DNA from: a virus
Lineage: Duplodnaviria; Caudoviricetes
Length of the DNA stretch: 58,664 nucleotides
IMG/VR virus record: IMGVR_UViG_3300049725_000037
Location: 1-58,664 of that record
Direction: 5' to 3' (one strand)
Translations under genes and position numbers: made by a program
The notes under the pieces: model-generated
Database searches by the model: none
The model's input: only the letters and a program-made list of their open reading frames with translations
What the model was told of the DNA's origin: nothing
Shown here: in pieces, positions 1 through 9,633 of the stretch
How the letters are laid out: each line of letters starts with the position of its first letter
How positions within the stretch are numbered: the first letter of the stretch is position 1

Positions 1-161
1 GATTCGAGTTGTGGCTGAAGAACCCATCGCCGCAATAGAACCTGTAAAGGGCGCCAACCCAATTTGTGGGGAAACCCGTGATCCAGCCGGAATCATAATT
101 GAAAGTTCCTGCGGCGCCTGGAGCCTTATTGATCACGTTTACTTCGGTCGTGCCATCGGCT
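1..161. repeat. Terminal direct repeat / circular overlap, copy 1
   Basis: 1-161 matches 58504-58664 except T127 vs C58630; an ORF reads through the junction, so the unit genome is about 58503 bp. Confidence 0.95.
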
Positions 162-619
162 TTGACGAGATTCACGCTCCAAGAAACAGCAGAAGGATCG
201 TGGCCAGTTGTGAGCGCAACGACGATTGTGGCCTGCACGCGAATGCACTTCGAGCCGCCAGACATCTTCATCGAAACTGTCTGCGCAAGGGATGCCGTCA
301 AGCACCCATAGGCATCACACATATTAAGGTTCGTCTCGCTCGTCGTCCAGGTATAGACCTGCCCATCCGGCGGGGACGACGGACATCCGGCGACCGGCCA
401 AGTGCCTTTGTAGACCGTGCCGGATTTTGCATCGTTCAGGTACTTCTTTGGCGGACTGCTCTTGTAACCCGTGTTCTCCGAGAAACCGCAGAGCGTCGCC
501 GACCCGGCCTTTACCTGATAGAATAGCCGGCAGACGAGCCCACAGTCGCAACCGACCTGTGTTGCGCAATCGCAACAGCCGCCGCCCGGAGCCGCCTGAA
601 CAAGAACTGGTGTGGACAT
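1..619 (-). CDS. 5' part of a 439-aa Cys/Thr-rich probable tail protein spanning the circular junction
   Basis: Manual translation from ATG at 619 (MSTPVLVQAAPGGGCCDC...) is open to position 1 and in frame with ORF 57803..58639; 619+701=1320 nt. Confidence 0.85.
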   Translation of the reverse strand, partial: MSTPVLVQAAPGGGCCDCATQVGCDCGLVCRLFYQVKAGSATLCGFSENTGYKSSPPKKYLNDAKSGTVYKGTWPVAGCPSSPPDGQVYTWTTSETNLNMCDAYGCLTASLAQTVSMKMSGGSKCIRVQATIVVALTTGHDPSAVSWSVNLVKADGTTEVNVINKAPGAAGTFNYDSGWITGFPTNWVGALYRFYCGDGFFSHNSN

Positions 620-620
620 T

Positions 621-1034
621 TCAATCGAGTGATGTCCCGATGACCCGGTAGGTGTGCAACTGGCCGTCGACGCACGCCTGGAGATCAACGCTTCCCCATA
701 TATTGATCCAATCGTTCGTCGGCCCTGGGTCTCCCTTCGCGCCAGGCCTTCCGGGAGCCCCTGGCCGGCCAGGCACCGCATCGAGGATTCCAGACGATCC
801 CGTTGTCGCTGCGCCGTTGGCGATCATGTCCAGCACCATCGCCGTCCCTTGGGGTGAACTGAGAAATGCCCGGATGCCGTCGCCGGGATCAATTAGGACG
901 TTGCTTTGCGTGCGATCGACTTGCCCCCCTGTGCCGCCGCCGGCTAGTTCCATCCGCCGGAACGATTCCTCGAATCTCCCGAGGATAGCCTTCAACCCCT
1001 CGACCTCCCGCCTTAGATCATCGATCTCGCTCAT
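621..1034 (-). CDS. Hypothetical virion protein with N-terminal coiled coil and short collagen-like stretch
   Basis: Abuts both neighbours; GRPGAPGRPGAKGDPGP; lies in the late arm. Confidence 0.75.
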   Translation of the reverse strand: MSEIDDLRREVEGLKAILGRFEESFRRMELAGGGTGGQVDRTQSNVLIDPGDGIRAFLSSPQGTAMVLDMIANGAATTGSSGILDAVPGRPGAPGRPGAKGDPGPTNDWINIWGSVDLQACVDGQLHTYRVIGTSLD

Positions 1035-1654
1035 TGGGGATTGATGTAGAGGGTTTCGCGGACCCAGATGTCACCCTTCCACTGCTTCACCACCGATTCC
1101 TTGATGATCTCGCCCTTGCCCTGGACAAGGGCAATGTATTCGTCGGCGCTCGGAATCGTGTTGTCATCGATCGTGGTGACTTCAACCCCCTGCTGGTCAG
1201 TCGGATGAAATTCCGGGTAGACCGGTATGTCCCTCGGGTTGGACAGGAAGTAGGCGCGGGCTAGGCGGCCGGAGGCCCACCGGGATACCTGGGTGTCTCG
1301 AAACCGGAAATCCGCCGGCGTGTAGAGCTTGCTCGGCGAGACCCCCGGGAAGGTGACCGCGCGCTCGATGTATTCGTCGTATGGCGTGGGCACCTCGGCG
1401 AAGACGCGCACGAGTTCACAGTCAGCATGATCCTCCGCTTTGGCCCGGATCTCCTGCCCAACGATGACTGCCGACGTGAAAACGGAATCGTAAAGGGTGG
1501 GATTGATCAGCGCAACGAGGTAGGACGCCTGATCCTCAATGCGCATCCGGAAGCGCCGCGTGATGACCCGGCAGTTTGTGCCGTTGCTTTGGATCCCGAG
1601 CGCGATGCCTTCGCCGACCCTTGGGCTCCCAATCTCCTGTAGCGGCGTTGGCAT
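1031..1654 (-). CDS. Hypothetical virion/tail protein
   Basis: ORF 1031..1693; ATG at 1654 directly follows the upstream stop; 4-bp overlap with the next gene. Confidence 0.75.
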   Translation of the reverse strand: MPTPLQEIGSPRVGEGIALGIQSNGTNCRVITRRFRMRIEDQASYLVALINPTLYDSVFTSAVIVGQEIRAKAEDHADCELVRVFAEVPTPYDEYIERAVTFPGVSPSKLYTPADFRFRDTQVSRWASGRLARAYFLSNPRDIPVYPEFHPTDQQGVEVTTIDDNTIPSADEYIALVQGKGEIIKESVVKQWKGDIWVRETLYINPQ

Positions 1655-1655
1655 C

Positions 1656-2852
1656 TCAGTAGGTCGGTATGGCCCCCAGCACAGCAAACCCACCCTGATA
1701 GAGCAGGCGGCCCGATCCGAAGATCTGAAGGTCCATCACGCAGGCCCGGCGGAAGGTGAGGACGGCATTGACGAAATCGGCGACGGGATTGAACGTCCCG
1801 GACCACGGATTCACGCCGGCCTGCGAGAGCGCGGCGGTTGCCACGAGAGACGGCCGGATGATCAGAAGGGAGTCATCGTAGACATTGACGCTGTTGAGCG
1901 TCTGACGCCCACGCCACCAGGGCACGGCCGCCACGGCGGTCTGAACCAAGATCGAAGAAGGATCACGGATGAATGGAACGCCATGCGTCTCGATCCCGGA
2001 CGCTTCCGCCTGGCCTCCATGATTGCCGGCAATCGTGACGGTCGGAAGGCTGGTGTAGCCGGCCCCGGTGTTTATCAAAGTGATTGACGCCAGGGTGCCA
2101 TCACTGGCTGCTAGCGCCGATCCGGAGGCAGGCAGGACGGTATTTAGGATCGTATCTGTTTGTCCAGCAAGGATCGCAGAAGCAGTGGCGCCATCGCCGT
2201 CACCGATGATCGTCACGCTTGGAGGTTCCGTGTAGCCCTGCCCGCCGTCTGTCAGGGCTATGATAACGACCTTTCCAGCCGCGACTGTAACCGTGGCTCC
2301 CGCCCCTCCACCCCCGCCGCCGGAGATAGATGCCGCTGCATAGGTGTAATCCTGCCCCTGGTTTCCAATGGCGATGTATGCGACGCTTGTTGGCTTCTGA
2401 GTGTCGTATGTCGTCAGGCTGCCCAACCCGCCAAAGAAAGAGATTCCGACAAAGCATCCCGCGCTATAACCCGATCCCTTCTCAGTGAGGTACAGTTTCC
2501 GCAACGAACTGCTTGGCGGGGTGCGCCCGCGAAGGAGCCATGCGCCATTGCCACCCATCACGTTCAGTGGATTCTCGTCCCACGTCAGGGACCCCGGCGC
2601 GCAGCCGGAGGAAATCGCGAAGCTCGCGACATGCTGGTTGTTCATCCGGTCGACCCACTTGAAGGCGTTCGTGTACGTGCCAGGGACAAGCCCGTTGACG
2701 TAGCCCACCCTCATCGAGACGGAAGTAGGGATCCAGAATGACGTTCCGTCGTAGAACTTCAGCGTCCAGTCGGTATCGTCACCAAGGATGAACGGCGGCA
2801 GTTCGCACACGCCAGGCTTGATCGGATCGGTATAGACGGTGAGCGTGCGCAT
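1656..2852 (-). CDS. Probable tail-associated protein with GxGYT-x-P-x-V repeats
   Basis: 398 aa; repeats such as GGQGYTEPPSVTIIGDGDGATASA and GAGYTSLPTVTI, typical of phage tail/receptor-binding proteins. Confidence 0.7.
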   Translation of the reverse strand: MRTLTVYTDPIKPGVCELPPFILGDDTDWTLKFYDGTSFWIPTSVSMRVGYVNGLVPGTYTNAFKWVDRMNNQHVASFAISSGCAPGSLTWDENPLNVMGGNGAWLLRGRTPPSSSLRKLYLTEKGSGYSAGCFVGISFFGGLGSLTTYDTQKPTSVAYIAIGNQGQDYTYAAASISGGGGGGAGATVTVAAGKVVIIALTDGGQGYTEPPSVTIIGDGDGATASAILAGQTDTILNTVLPASGSALAASDGTLASITLINTGAGYTSLPTVTIAGNHGGQAEASGIETHGVPFIRDPSSILVQTAVAAVPWWRGRQTLNSVNVYDDSLLIIRPSLVATAALSQAGVNPWSGTFNPVADFVNAVLTFRRACVMDLQIFGSGRLLYQGGFAVLGAIPTY

Positions 2853-2856
2853 GGGT

Positions 2857-3810
2857 TCATGTGTGCGAGGTCATGCAGGTGATCGGCCGCCGGCGCTGGT
2901 TGTTGCTCAGGCTGCGCAACTGCGCCTTGGCCGACTCCGCCATCATCGCAAGTTCCTTGATGTTCTCGCCGGAGTATTTCTTGTAGGTCATCGCCCACCT
3001 CCCGCGGATGATCGGAAGCAGAACGCGATTGACGAGGTCGGCCGGCAGCCGGGGCTTGTCGCTGTCGGCACTCAGGACCGGCGGCGCCATGAAGACCGAC
3101 ACGTTCCCGGTCACAACCATGCCGGGAAGCGGGCGGACCTCCATGCGCAGAACCATGGCGGCGGTGTCGAGGTAGGTCTCGCCGTTGATGAAATAGAACA
3201 TCGGTTGCCCGGAATCGTAGGTCTGCCCTCCGAATACCATCGAAGTAGCCCGCTGGTAGCCGTAGCCCGGCAGCGGACGGAAGCCGTCGAAGTAGTTCGA
3301 CCGGTATAGGATGTCGGTCTCGCGGCCGCTCATCGGCGACAGCGGACCCCAGCCGAGCACTTCCGGGGCCTCCAGCAGCTCGATGATCGAAGCGTCGAAG
3401 GTGTAACTCGAATGAAAGAACGTGCCGGTGTAGGAACCGGTCGGCTGGTCCCATGGCTCGATCAGCCGATAGACGTTGCCCGAATCCTGGCCGGCATAGC
3501 CAAAGAATTTGTCGCCCAGCTGCAGCTTGCTTCCCTCTGTGCCGGCGGGGAAGGTGAAGCCGGTGATGGCCGTGCTGCCGAGGGTCAGGCCAAGCGTGAC
3601 CGTGACGGGTGCCGAGAACTGAAAGCCGAGGGTCTTCCGGGCGAATCGGGGCCGGGCTGTGGTTTCCTGTGGGATGAAGACCTCGGTGTATGCCTCGTTG
3701 ATGCACTGCTGGGCTAGCGCGAGATCGCCCGGCGGCATGACAGTCACGCTCGCATGCCCGGAGAGGCGCGCGAGGCTCAGTTGAAGATCAGCGAAGTCGC
3801 CGGCGGCCAT
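2857..3810 (-). CDS. Probable head-tail adaptor protein
   Basis: 317 aa two genes downstream of the capsid gene; N-terminal helical 'AQQCINEAY' and C-terminal 'SDKPRLP...LL' layout resembles podovirus adaptors. Confidence 0.55.
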   Translation of the reverse strand: MAAGDFADLQLSLARLSGHASVTVMPPGDLALAQQCINEAYTEVFIPQETTARPRFARKTLGFQFSAPVTVTLGLTLGSTAITGFTFPAGTEGSKLQLGDKFFGYAGQDSGNVYRLIEPWDQPTGSYTGTFFHSSYTFDASIIELLEAPEVLGWGPLSPMSGRETDILYRSNYFDGFRPLPGYGYQRATSMVFGGQTYDSGQPMFYFINGETYLDTAAMVLRMEVRPLPGMVVTGNVSVFMAPPVLSADSDKPRLPADLVNRVLLPIIRGRWAMTYKKYSGENIKELAMMAESAKAQLRSLSNNQRRRPITCMTSHT

Positions 3811-3813
3811 GGT

Positions 3814-4314
3814 CTATTCAGCGAAGGTAGAGGGTTGGCTGCTCGCCGCCCTGGCTGGCTTCTTGGGCCGTTGGGGTTGCGCCGGCGGTGTTTGTTCCTG
3901 TGCGGCCAGGTGATGCACCCGGCCGAGAAAATAGGCGTTGAGCTGCGCCAGGACGGCTCGACGGCTGCCTGAATCGTCAGGCGCGAAGCCGCAATCAGCG
4001 CACAGCGCAACAAGCTCCTCCATGTCGTTCTTCTCGTAGAGTTCTTTCTTGACGAGTGGCGGGGGCGAGAAGATCGGCGTTGCCGACTTCACGTTGCCCT
4101 CGATCAACACCGGGAGGAAACGGTAGGGGAATTGCGGGAGCCGGAGCATATCAAAGATGTCCGAGATCTCGTCGTTGCTTTGGGGCAGGTAGACAAACGC
4201 TCCAACGAGTTTGTCCCATGTGAATTTGTAGCAGAGTCCAGATGCACCGGTGACGTCCAGGTGCCCGAGATCCGCGGAGGATTCGTTTGTGACCTTGAGT
4301 AGGATTCGACTCAT
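3814..4314 (-). CDS. Hypothetical protein downstream of the capsid gene
   Basis: 166-aa ORF tightly packed in the late operon. Confidence 0.7.
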   Translation of the reverse strand: MSRILLKVTNESSADLGHLDVTGASGLCYKFTWDKLVGAFVYLPQSNDEISDIFDMLRLPQFPYRFLPVLIEGNVKSATPIFSPPPLVKKELYEKNDMEELVALCADCGFAPDDSGSRRAVLAQLNAYFLGRVHHLAAQEQTPPAQPQRPKKPARAASSQPSTFAE

Positions 4315-4317
4315 AAG

Positions 4318-4358
4318 AGGGAAAGCGCGCCCCGCCCTGATGGCAGGACGGGGCCGCT
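4318..4358 (-). terminator. Hairpin after the major capsid gene (possible terminator or attenuator)
   Basis: Minus strand GCCCCGTCCTG-CCAT-CAGGGCGGGGGC followed by a short pyrimidine tract, about 20 nt after the capsid stop. Confidence 0.45.
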
Positions 4359-4379
4359 GTGAATCAAACGGAAACCGGT

Positions 4380-5870
4380 CTACCCGGTGTAGGCGACCGG
4401 ATTGACGCCGGGATACTTTCCAGCGCCCGCGATGAGCAGGTAGTTCTTCGGGAACGCCCGCGCGTCAACGAAGGGCTCCATGCCGCGGATACCCTGGATT
4501 CCGTAGCCAACCACGCGCTGCTCGCCCTTGTCGTTCGCGAAGCCGCCCGTCTTGACCAGGCGCTCAACCTCCGTCGAACCGACAGCGTGGAACAACGCCT
4601 CGGCACCCATGTGCAGTGCCCAGTTGAGGACAACGCCATTGATGGTGCAGGGAACGATGATCGCGCCGCGCGGATGCTGGTTGCTGAACCGGCTCCCAGC
4701 GGCCACGTTGTCTGCCGCGGCGTTGCCGGCGAAGTTGCCGTTGGTGCCACGGACCACGCCCGTCATCTGGTAGCCGGCCGCGGCGACACAGGTGGCGGTG
4801 TACGAGAAGATCTCGTACTTCTGATCGGTGGTGTGGTTGTAGATCATCGCGTAGTACGTCGTCGAGTCAGCCGGAAGGCTCTCGCCGTCGTAGATCTTCC
4901 ATGAGTAGCCACGGAAGTACCCGAAGTAGTCGCCGGCCCCGGAAACGATCGCAGCCGGGAGATGACCGCCGCCAACGATGGTCGTCACGCATCCGCTCGT
5001 GAGCGCGGTGCCGAGGTACGCCATTGGGTACAGCGGGCTGCCCTGGCGGCCGTCCGCATCGTCAGAGATGACATTGTGCACGAACATCACGTTGTTATCC
5101 CAGAGGGGATACTTGCCGGTGAACAACTCGTTGCCCGCGCCGCGCAGGCCGGCGTATTGCAGCGACGTCAGGTAGGCGGAGTTCGAGCGCAGCCGGCGCA
5201 TGAACTGGTCGGGAGCGAAGTAGATGTACTTCGGGATGTCGACGCCGTTGACGTCGGTTTCCATGCCCATGGGGGTCGCGCCCATGCCGATCAGCATGCC
5301 CTTGGTCGCCTCGATCTCCGACGGCGTGAGCGTATCGGTCGAGAGTATTGCCGCCTCGGTCGTCCGGCCTCCGATCCGATATTGGTTGGTGCCCGGATAG
5401 GTGAGCCGGGCGGCCTCGCGCAGCTTGATCTGGAAGTCGTCATCCTGACGGCGGCTCCACCAATCACCGAGCGCATCGCTTGACCACTGGTCGATGTTCC
5501 GACCGGCCGGGCCGATCTTCGCAAACGACTGGGTCCATGAGACGGCATGCGCGATGTAGTCCACGTTGACCGAGAACGAGCCGTTGAGCACCTTCTCCGT
5601 CGCCGTTTCGAGGGTGTTCTCACCCAGGGTTCCCTTGCCGCGGAGCTGGGCAACCGTGATGAACTTGACCATCTGGGCGGCGCCAACCGCGAGGTCCTGT
5701 TTCTTGACGATGGGCATGGCGGAGCTTTCCCCGCCAACGAAATGCTTGAAGATGAACCGCTCCCGGGTCGACTTGATGACTTTCTTCGCCCAGATGATCC
5801 CCTTCAGGTCACTGTTTGCACTGACAACATCCGAATACAGCGTGGCATTCGGAAGAATTGGGTCTGACAT
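4380..5870 (-). CDS. Major capsid protein, N4-gp56/DUF4043-like
   Basis: 496 aa; 'PIVKKQDL', 'LRGKGTLGENTLE', 'LGDWWSRRQDD' and 'NELFTGKYPLWDNNVMF' match the N4-like capsid pattern; follows a scaffold-like gene. Confidence 0.8.
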   Translation of the reverse strand: MSDPILPNATLYSDVVSANSDLKGIIWAKKVIKSTRERFIFKHFVGGESSAMPIVKKQDLAVGAAQMVKFITVAQLRGKGTLGENTLETATEKVLNGSFSVNVDYIAHAVSWTQSFAKIGPAGRNIDQWSSDALGDWWSRRQDDDFQIKLREAARLTYPGTNQYRIGGRTTEAAILSTDTLTPSEIEATKGMLIGMGATPMGMETDVNGVDIPKYIYFAPDQFMRRLRSNSAYLTSLQYAGLRGAGNELFTGKYPLWDNNVMFVHNVISDDADGRQGSPLYPMAYLGTALTSGCVTTIVGGGHLPAAIVSGAGDYFGYFRGYSWKIYDGESLPADSTTYYAMIYNHTTDQKYEIFSYTATCVAAAGYQMTGVVRGTNGNFAGNAAADNVAAGSRFSNQHPRGAIIVPCTINGVVLNWALHMGAEALFHAVGSTEVERLVKTGGFANDKGEQRVVGYGIQGIRGMEPFVDARAFPKNYLLIAGAGKYPGVNPVAYTG

Positions 5871-5904
5871 TTTTTAGAAGGATGAGAGTTGCAGGTGTAA
5901 CCCG

Positions 5905-6939
5905 CTACGCCCTTCTTGGGGTTGGGATTCCCAGCAAAGCGTCCAGTGCTGCCACTGAAATCTTTGGATCATCCACCGCCTTCAAAAGGCTTTCGCGGGT
6001 CGCTGTGAACGCGGCGGAACCTGGAGCCGAGGTGAGAACCTCAGCGGCGGGAGCCCGTGTCACTCTCGCATTGGGTGCGGTCGGCGGCGGCGTGGCGCCT
6101 GCAGCTGGCCTCAAGCCCCTTGCGCTAGCGTAATCGCGTGCGAGAATCAAAGGCCAGCGTGGGCTGAGGAACACGGACTCATAGTCCGGATCCTCGCGCT
6201 TGCTGACAATGAAGTCCTCAAGGCCCTTCCGTTCGGCGGATTTCACCTCACCGGCCTTCAATGGCCCGGCGAACTGCGGGAACTCCGCTATAGCCTGTCT
6301 GGATGCCTCGCCTGCTTTCTGCCGAAAAATGTTGTTCTCCTGCGTGTCCGCATCGTGCGCGACGGCGGCTTTCTCATCTGACAGCCGCTCGATCTTGCGC
6401 TCCTGACGCTGGAACTCGATCAATGCGTCCGCCTGGGCCTTCGTGTCGCCCTCATCGATCGCCTTGTCGATCTTCGCCCGGATAGTCGTGAGTTCCGTCT
6501 GGGCCGCGGTGATCTTGGTGTCGATCTCGGCCGCGGGCTCGGGCGCCGGCGGGGCGGCCACTGGCGCGGGCTTCGCGGCCTCGGCGCCGTAGATTCGAGC
6601 GTGCGCCGCATTTGGACCGATCTCCTTGGAGAGAAGATAGAACGCCGCGTCCTTGCGGCCCTCGGGTGTCGTTGGGTCAACATGCACCCGGATATTCTTG
6701 GGAAAATCCTCGTCCCCTGGTTCTGCCGGCGGCTCGGGGGGCGCGGGTGGCTCTGCGATTGATGCTGGAACTGCCGGCGGTGGCGCGGCTGGCGCCGCAT
6801 GAACGGCATGCCCGGGGCTTTCTCCAAGCAATGCGTCGAGGTCGATGCTCGACATTGTATCAGCGGCCTTTGCCACGTCAGCCGCAGTCGGTGGAGTCGC
6901 GGCCGGAGCCTGCGGCGCACTGGAAACCTCTTCACTCAT
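5905..6939 (-). CDS. Probable capsid scaffolding protein
   Basis: Pro/Ala-rich, acidic, coiled-coil protein directly upstream of the capsid gene; ATG at 6939 chosen within ORF 5905..6975. Confidence 0.65.
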   Translation of the reverse strand: MSEEVSSAPQAPAATPPTAADVAKAADTMSSIDLDALLGESPGHAVHAAPAAPPPAVPASIAEPPAPPEPPAEPGDEDFPKNIRVHVDPTTPEGRKDAAFYLLSKEIGPNAAHARIYGAEAAKPAPVAAPPAPEPAAEIDTKITAAQTELTTIRAKIDKAIDEGDTKAQADALIEFQRQERKIERLSDEKAAVAHDADTQENNIFRQKAGEASRQAIAEFPQFAGPLKAGEVKSAERKGLEDFIVSKREDPDYESVFLSPRWPLILARDYASARGLRPAAGATPPPTAPNARVTRAPAAEVLTSAPGSAAFTATRESLLKAVDDPKISVAALDALLGIPTPRRA

Positions 6940-7032
6940 GGAGTTTGGCAAAACGCTCGAATTGGGAAAAGTCAAAGGTTTGTTTCAATAACCATCGCCG
7001 CCGACCATGGGGTGAAGACCCTATTACGGGGG

Positions 7033-7452
7033 CTACGGCTTGCCCGTGCTGCTCTTGAGGTAGGCGAGCGCCCCAAGGACGCCGCCGATTACCACGACGG
7101 CCCACGCAAGGAAACCTCCGAAAGTGGTGATCGTCTTGAGGCCGCCCTTCGCTTCATTTCGTACCGTTGCGCGATCATTCTCCAGCTTCTCGATGCGGCC
7201 CCGGTTGCTCTCGGCGATGTCGATGAGGCCAGGGCGCTTCAAATCCGGTTCACCGACGATTGCACGCAGCGTCTTCTCGCCGCTGATCTCGATGCGCTGC
7301 AGCATCCCCTCCATCGCACCAAGCCGCTTGGAGTGTATGCTGCACGGCAGGTTCTCAAGGAACCGCTGGAGATTCGGAGGAATGTCGATTCCATCGAGGT
7401 CTGGAGTCTGCGGAAATCCGCAGGGAGGCGTGGGGGTGGAATCTTCGATCAT
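7033..7452 (-). CDS. Coiled-coil protein with C-terminal transmembrane helix (holin/antiholin-like)
   Basis: C-terminal hydrophobic stretch FGGFLAWAVVVIGGVLGALAYL. Confidence 0.65.
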   Translation of the reverse strand: MIEDSTPTPPCGFPQTPDLDGIDIPPNLQRFLENLPCSIHSKRLGAMEGMLQRIEISGEKTLRAIVGEPDLKRPGLIDIAESNRGRIEKLENDRATVRNEAKGGLKTITTFGGFLAWAVVVIGGVLGALAYLKSSTGKP

Positions 7453-7458
7453 GGTAGT

Positions 7459-7974
7459 CTATTTGCGCAGAACCAAAAAGATTGCGAGGGCGAGCGCTGC
7501 GAGGGAAATGAATGTGGTCAGGTTGAACTCGTTCTTGCCTCGTTCTTCCGTCTTCTTCACGCTGCTGCCTTCGTTCTGGTCGCGGGACTTACGCAGGTCT
7601 TCAAGCTCCTTGCTCAACTCACCACACCGGGCCTCCACGGCTGCGATCTTTGCCTCTGTCTCGCCACGCGGCATCGTCGCCTGCTGTTGCGCGTCCATCT
7701 TTGTCAGCAGACCATTGTGACCGGCGTCATAAACCTTCTGAGCCGTCTCGGCTTTGAGAATCGCTTTTTCTGATGCAGAATTTGCCTGGTCCACAAGGGC
7801 CTTGGCCGCGGCGAAACGTTCGCTGTATCGCAGATCCCGCTCGTTGTTCACCCGCTCGACCGTCTCAAGCCGGTCGGAGAACGACTGCTCCACCCGCTGA
7901 ATCCAAAGCGTGAAGTGGTCCCGGATGGATATTCCGGGGCCACCGTCAATAGGTTCGTCGCTGTGGGCGGTCAT
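7459..7974 (-). CDS. Coiled-coil protein with C-terminal transmembrane helix
   Basis: 171 aa; ends TTFISLAALALAIFLVLRK. Confidence 0.7.
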   Translation of the reverse strand: MTAHSDEPIDGGPGISIRDHFTLWIQRVEQSFSDRLETVERVNNERDLRYSERFAAAKALVDQANSASEKAILKAETAQKVYDAGHNGLLTKMDAQQQATMPRGETEAKIAAVEARCGELSKELEDLRKSRDQNEGSSVKKTEERGKNEFNLTTFISLAALALAIFLVLRK

Positions 7975-7980
7975 TAGCGG

Positions 7981-8184
7981 CTAGTGGACCCGAGGCACCT
8001 TGATGTCGCCGACGTTGCCGTTGCCGAGTAGGCCGAATGCGTACAGCAGCCACAGGACCACGGCGATGATGACAACGACGTTGAGGATCTGTTTGATCGG
8101 CGGGGCCATCGGGATGTACGTGTTCACGAGCCAGAGCAGCACGCCGACCACGATGAGGGTGACGACTAGGGAGATGAGTGACAT
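7981..8184 (-). CDS. Two-TM small membrane protein, Thivi_2564-like
   Basis: MSLISLVVTLIVVGVLLWLVNTYIPM...IKQILNVVVIIAVVLWLL pattern recognised from memory. Confidence 0.75.
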   Translation of the reverse strand: MSLISLVVTLIVVGVLLWLVNTYIPMAPPIKQILNVVVIIAVVLWLLYAFGLLGNGNVGDIKVPRVH

Positions 8185-8196
8185 TGCAGTTTTGGT

Positions 8197-8478
8197 TCAG
8201 GGTTTCGGAGGCGTAGAAGGATCTGCCGGGGCACCAATGCGCAGACGAATCAACGCCTCACCAGAGGCAACGGAAGCCTGCGTGACGATGCTGGCCTGAC
8301 CGCCCTCAAGCATTCCGACGAGCGGGAGCAGGGTGTTCTCGAAGATGCTGACGATCCCCTCGGCTGCCGGGACAACGGCTGCGGCTCCGGGAATGAACGC
8401 CGACGCTGCGGCGCCGAGCACCTCGGCGATGGTGGTGACTTCCGATGCGGTGATCTGGATTCCAGTGTTATTTGACAT
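8197..8478 (-). CDS. Small hydrophobic hypothetical protein
   Basis: ATG at 8478 overlaps the end of the upstream gene; within ORF 8197..8541. Confidence 0.6.
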   Translation of the reverse strand: MSNNTGIQITASEVTTIAEVLGAAASAFIPGAAAVVPAAEGIVSIFENTLLPLVGMLEGGQASIVTQASVASGEALIRLRIGAPADPSTPPKP

Positions 8479-8992
8479 GGGCGGATTGGAAGGCTGCGGC
8501 TTGGGTGAGGACGGCGGTGACGACGGCGAGGGCGCCGTCAAACTTGGCGCGAGCGGAGAGGACCGGAGTGTTGTCTGGTCCTATGGATACTGTGACACCC
8601 CCTCCACTGGGAAGAGGCCCGGATACGGCTGAAGCTGCGGCGACGGCAGATTTGTATGCCTTGGAGGCGACAATGTAAGCGTCTCGGGCTGCGGTCACGT
8701 CCCGCATCCAGCCATCCTGTTTGGCCTGAATGGTGGCGGCGAGGGTGGCAACTTCCGGCCACTGTGCCAGAAACGTCGCGTTGGCCTTCTGCCATGACAC
8801 GAAGGCGGTCAGGCTCGAATCGGCGATGACCGTGGCTTGGTCAATCTGGAAGAGCACAGGGTCAGTGTAAGATCCGCCGGGGGCAAGCGTGACCTGCGTT
8901 GTGGTGGCTGGACAGCCGGTCTCAAGGATGGCGACCGGAGCGGCCACGCAAAGCGCGACCGCGAGTATGAGGAATCTGAGTTTCGTTTTCAT
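8468..8992 (-). CDS. Secreted or lipoprotein-like protein (possible spanin component)
   Basis: Signal-like N-terminus MKTKLRFLILAVALCVAAPVAILETGC followed by amphipathic helices. Confidence 0.6.
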   Translation of the reverse strand: MKTKLRFLILAVALCVAAPVAILETGCPATTTQVTLAPGGSYTDPVLFQIDQATVIADSSLTAFVSWQKANATFLAQWPEVATLAATIQAKQDGWMRDVTAARDAYIVASKAYKSAVAAASAVSGPLPSGGGVTVSIGPDNTPVLSARAKFDGALAVVTAVLTQAAAFQSAHVK

Positions 8993-9002
8993 CGGTAATT
9001 GG

Positions 9003-9314
9003 TTAGCAACTTACGAGTCGGCCAGCGGTCATGTGACCGTGCCAGATTTCTTCGTTATTCATTCCGCGAGCCAGAATACTTGGTTTCAGGGTGGGCTTGT
9101 CCTTGTTACCATCCCACTCCCACGATGGATGGGTCTCCGCGACTCCGTTGCGCCGAATCGGGATAATCCGGAATCCGAGGTCGTCTGGGATCTCTCCCGG
9201 TAGCCACATGATAATTCTGAGCATACCATCACACTCAGAAAAACAGAAGTCACCCGGCTGTTTCACGTCAGCGGTAGTTGCTACCTGATGACAATCGCAA
9301 CTTGAGGTGTTCAT
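9003..9314 (-). CDS. DUF6527-like small protein
   Basis: Motif WEWDGNKDKPTLKPSIL...WHGHMTAGRL. Confidence 0.65.
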   Translation of the reverse strand: MNTSSCDCHQVATTADVKQPGDFCFSECDGMLRIIMWLPGEIPDDLGFRIIPIRRNGVAETHPSWEWDGNKDKPTLKPSILARGMNNEEIWHGHMTAGRLVSC

Positions 9315-9324
9315 TGAAAGAATT

Positions 9325-9633
9325 CTACGGCGCTGGGGGCGGCGTAGGAATGGGGTGAACTACCACGGGCGCGACGGGCGGTGGCGGAGCAATCGGAACC
9401 GTGGGCGGAGCGGCGGCACCCGCAGCGATGTCCGCTGCGGTCGAGCCGGGCACGTTCTGCGGCGTGTTGCCGTAGATCTGCTTTGCGACCGTGGCCACAA
9501 TGGAGCAGATGCCGAGGGTGATGGGTACCCAGGTGGCTGCCTGGATGGCGGGGATGGCGGTTATCGCGGCGGAAATGCCGGTGGCGATTTGGCCGATTTC
9601 GAGCGCGATGGCTGCAACTTGGTTTTTGTTCAT
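9325..9633 (-). CDS. Holin-like two-TM protein with Pro-rich tail
   Basis: Two hydrophobic segments followed by a Pro-rich C-terminus. Confidence 0.55.
   Translation of the reverse strand: MNKNQVAAIALEIGQIATGISAAITAIPAIQAATWVPITLGICSIVATVAKQIYGNTPQNVPGSTAADIAAGAAAPPTVPIAPPPPVAPVVVHPIPTPPPAP

Noticed and set aside
1-161. Diversity-generating retroelement template/variable repeat pair (A-to-G difference on the coding strand)
   Set aside because: Only one mismatch, the repeats sit exactly at the contig ends, and no reverse transcriptase is visible
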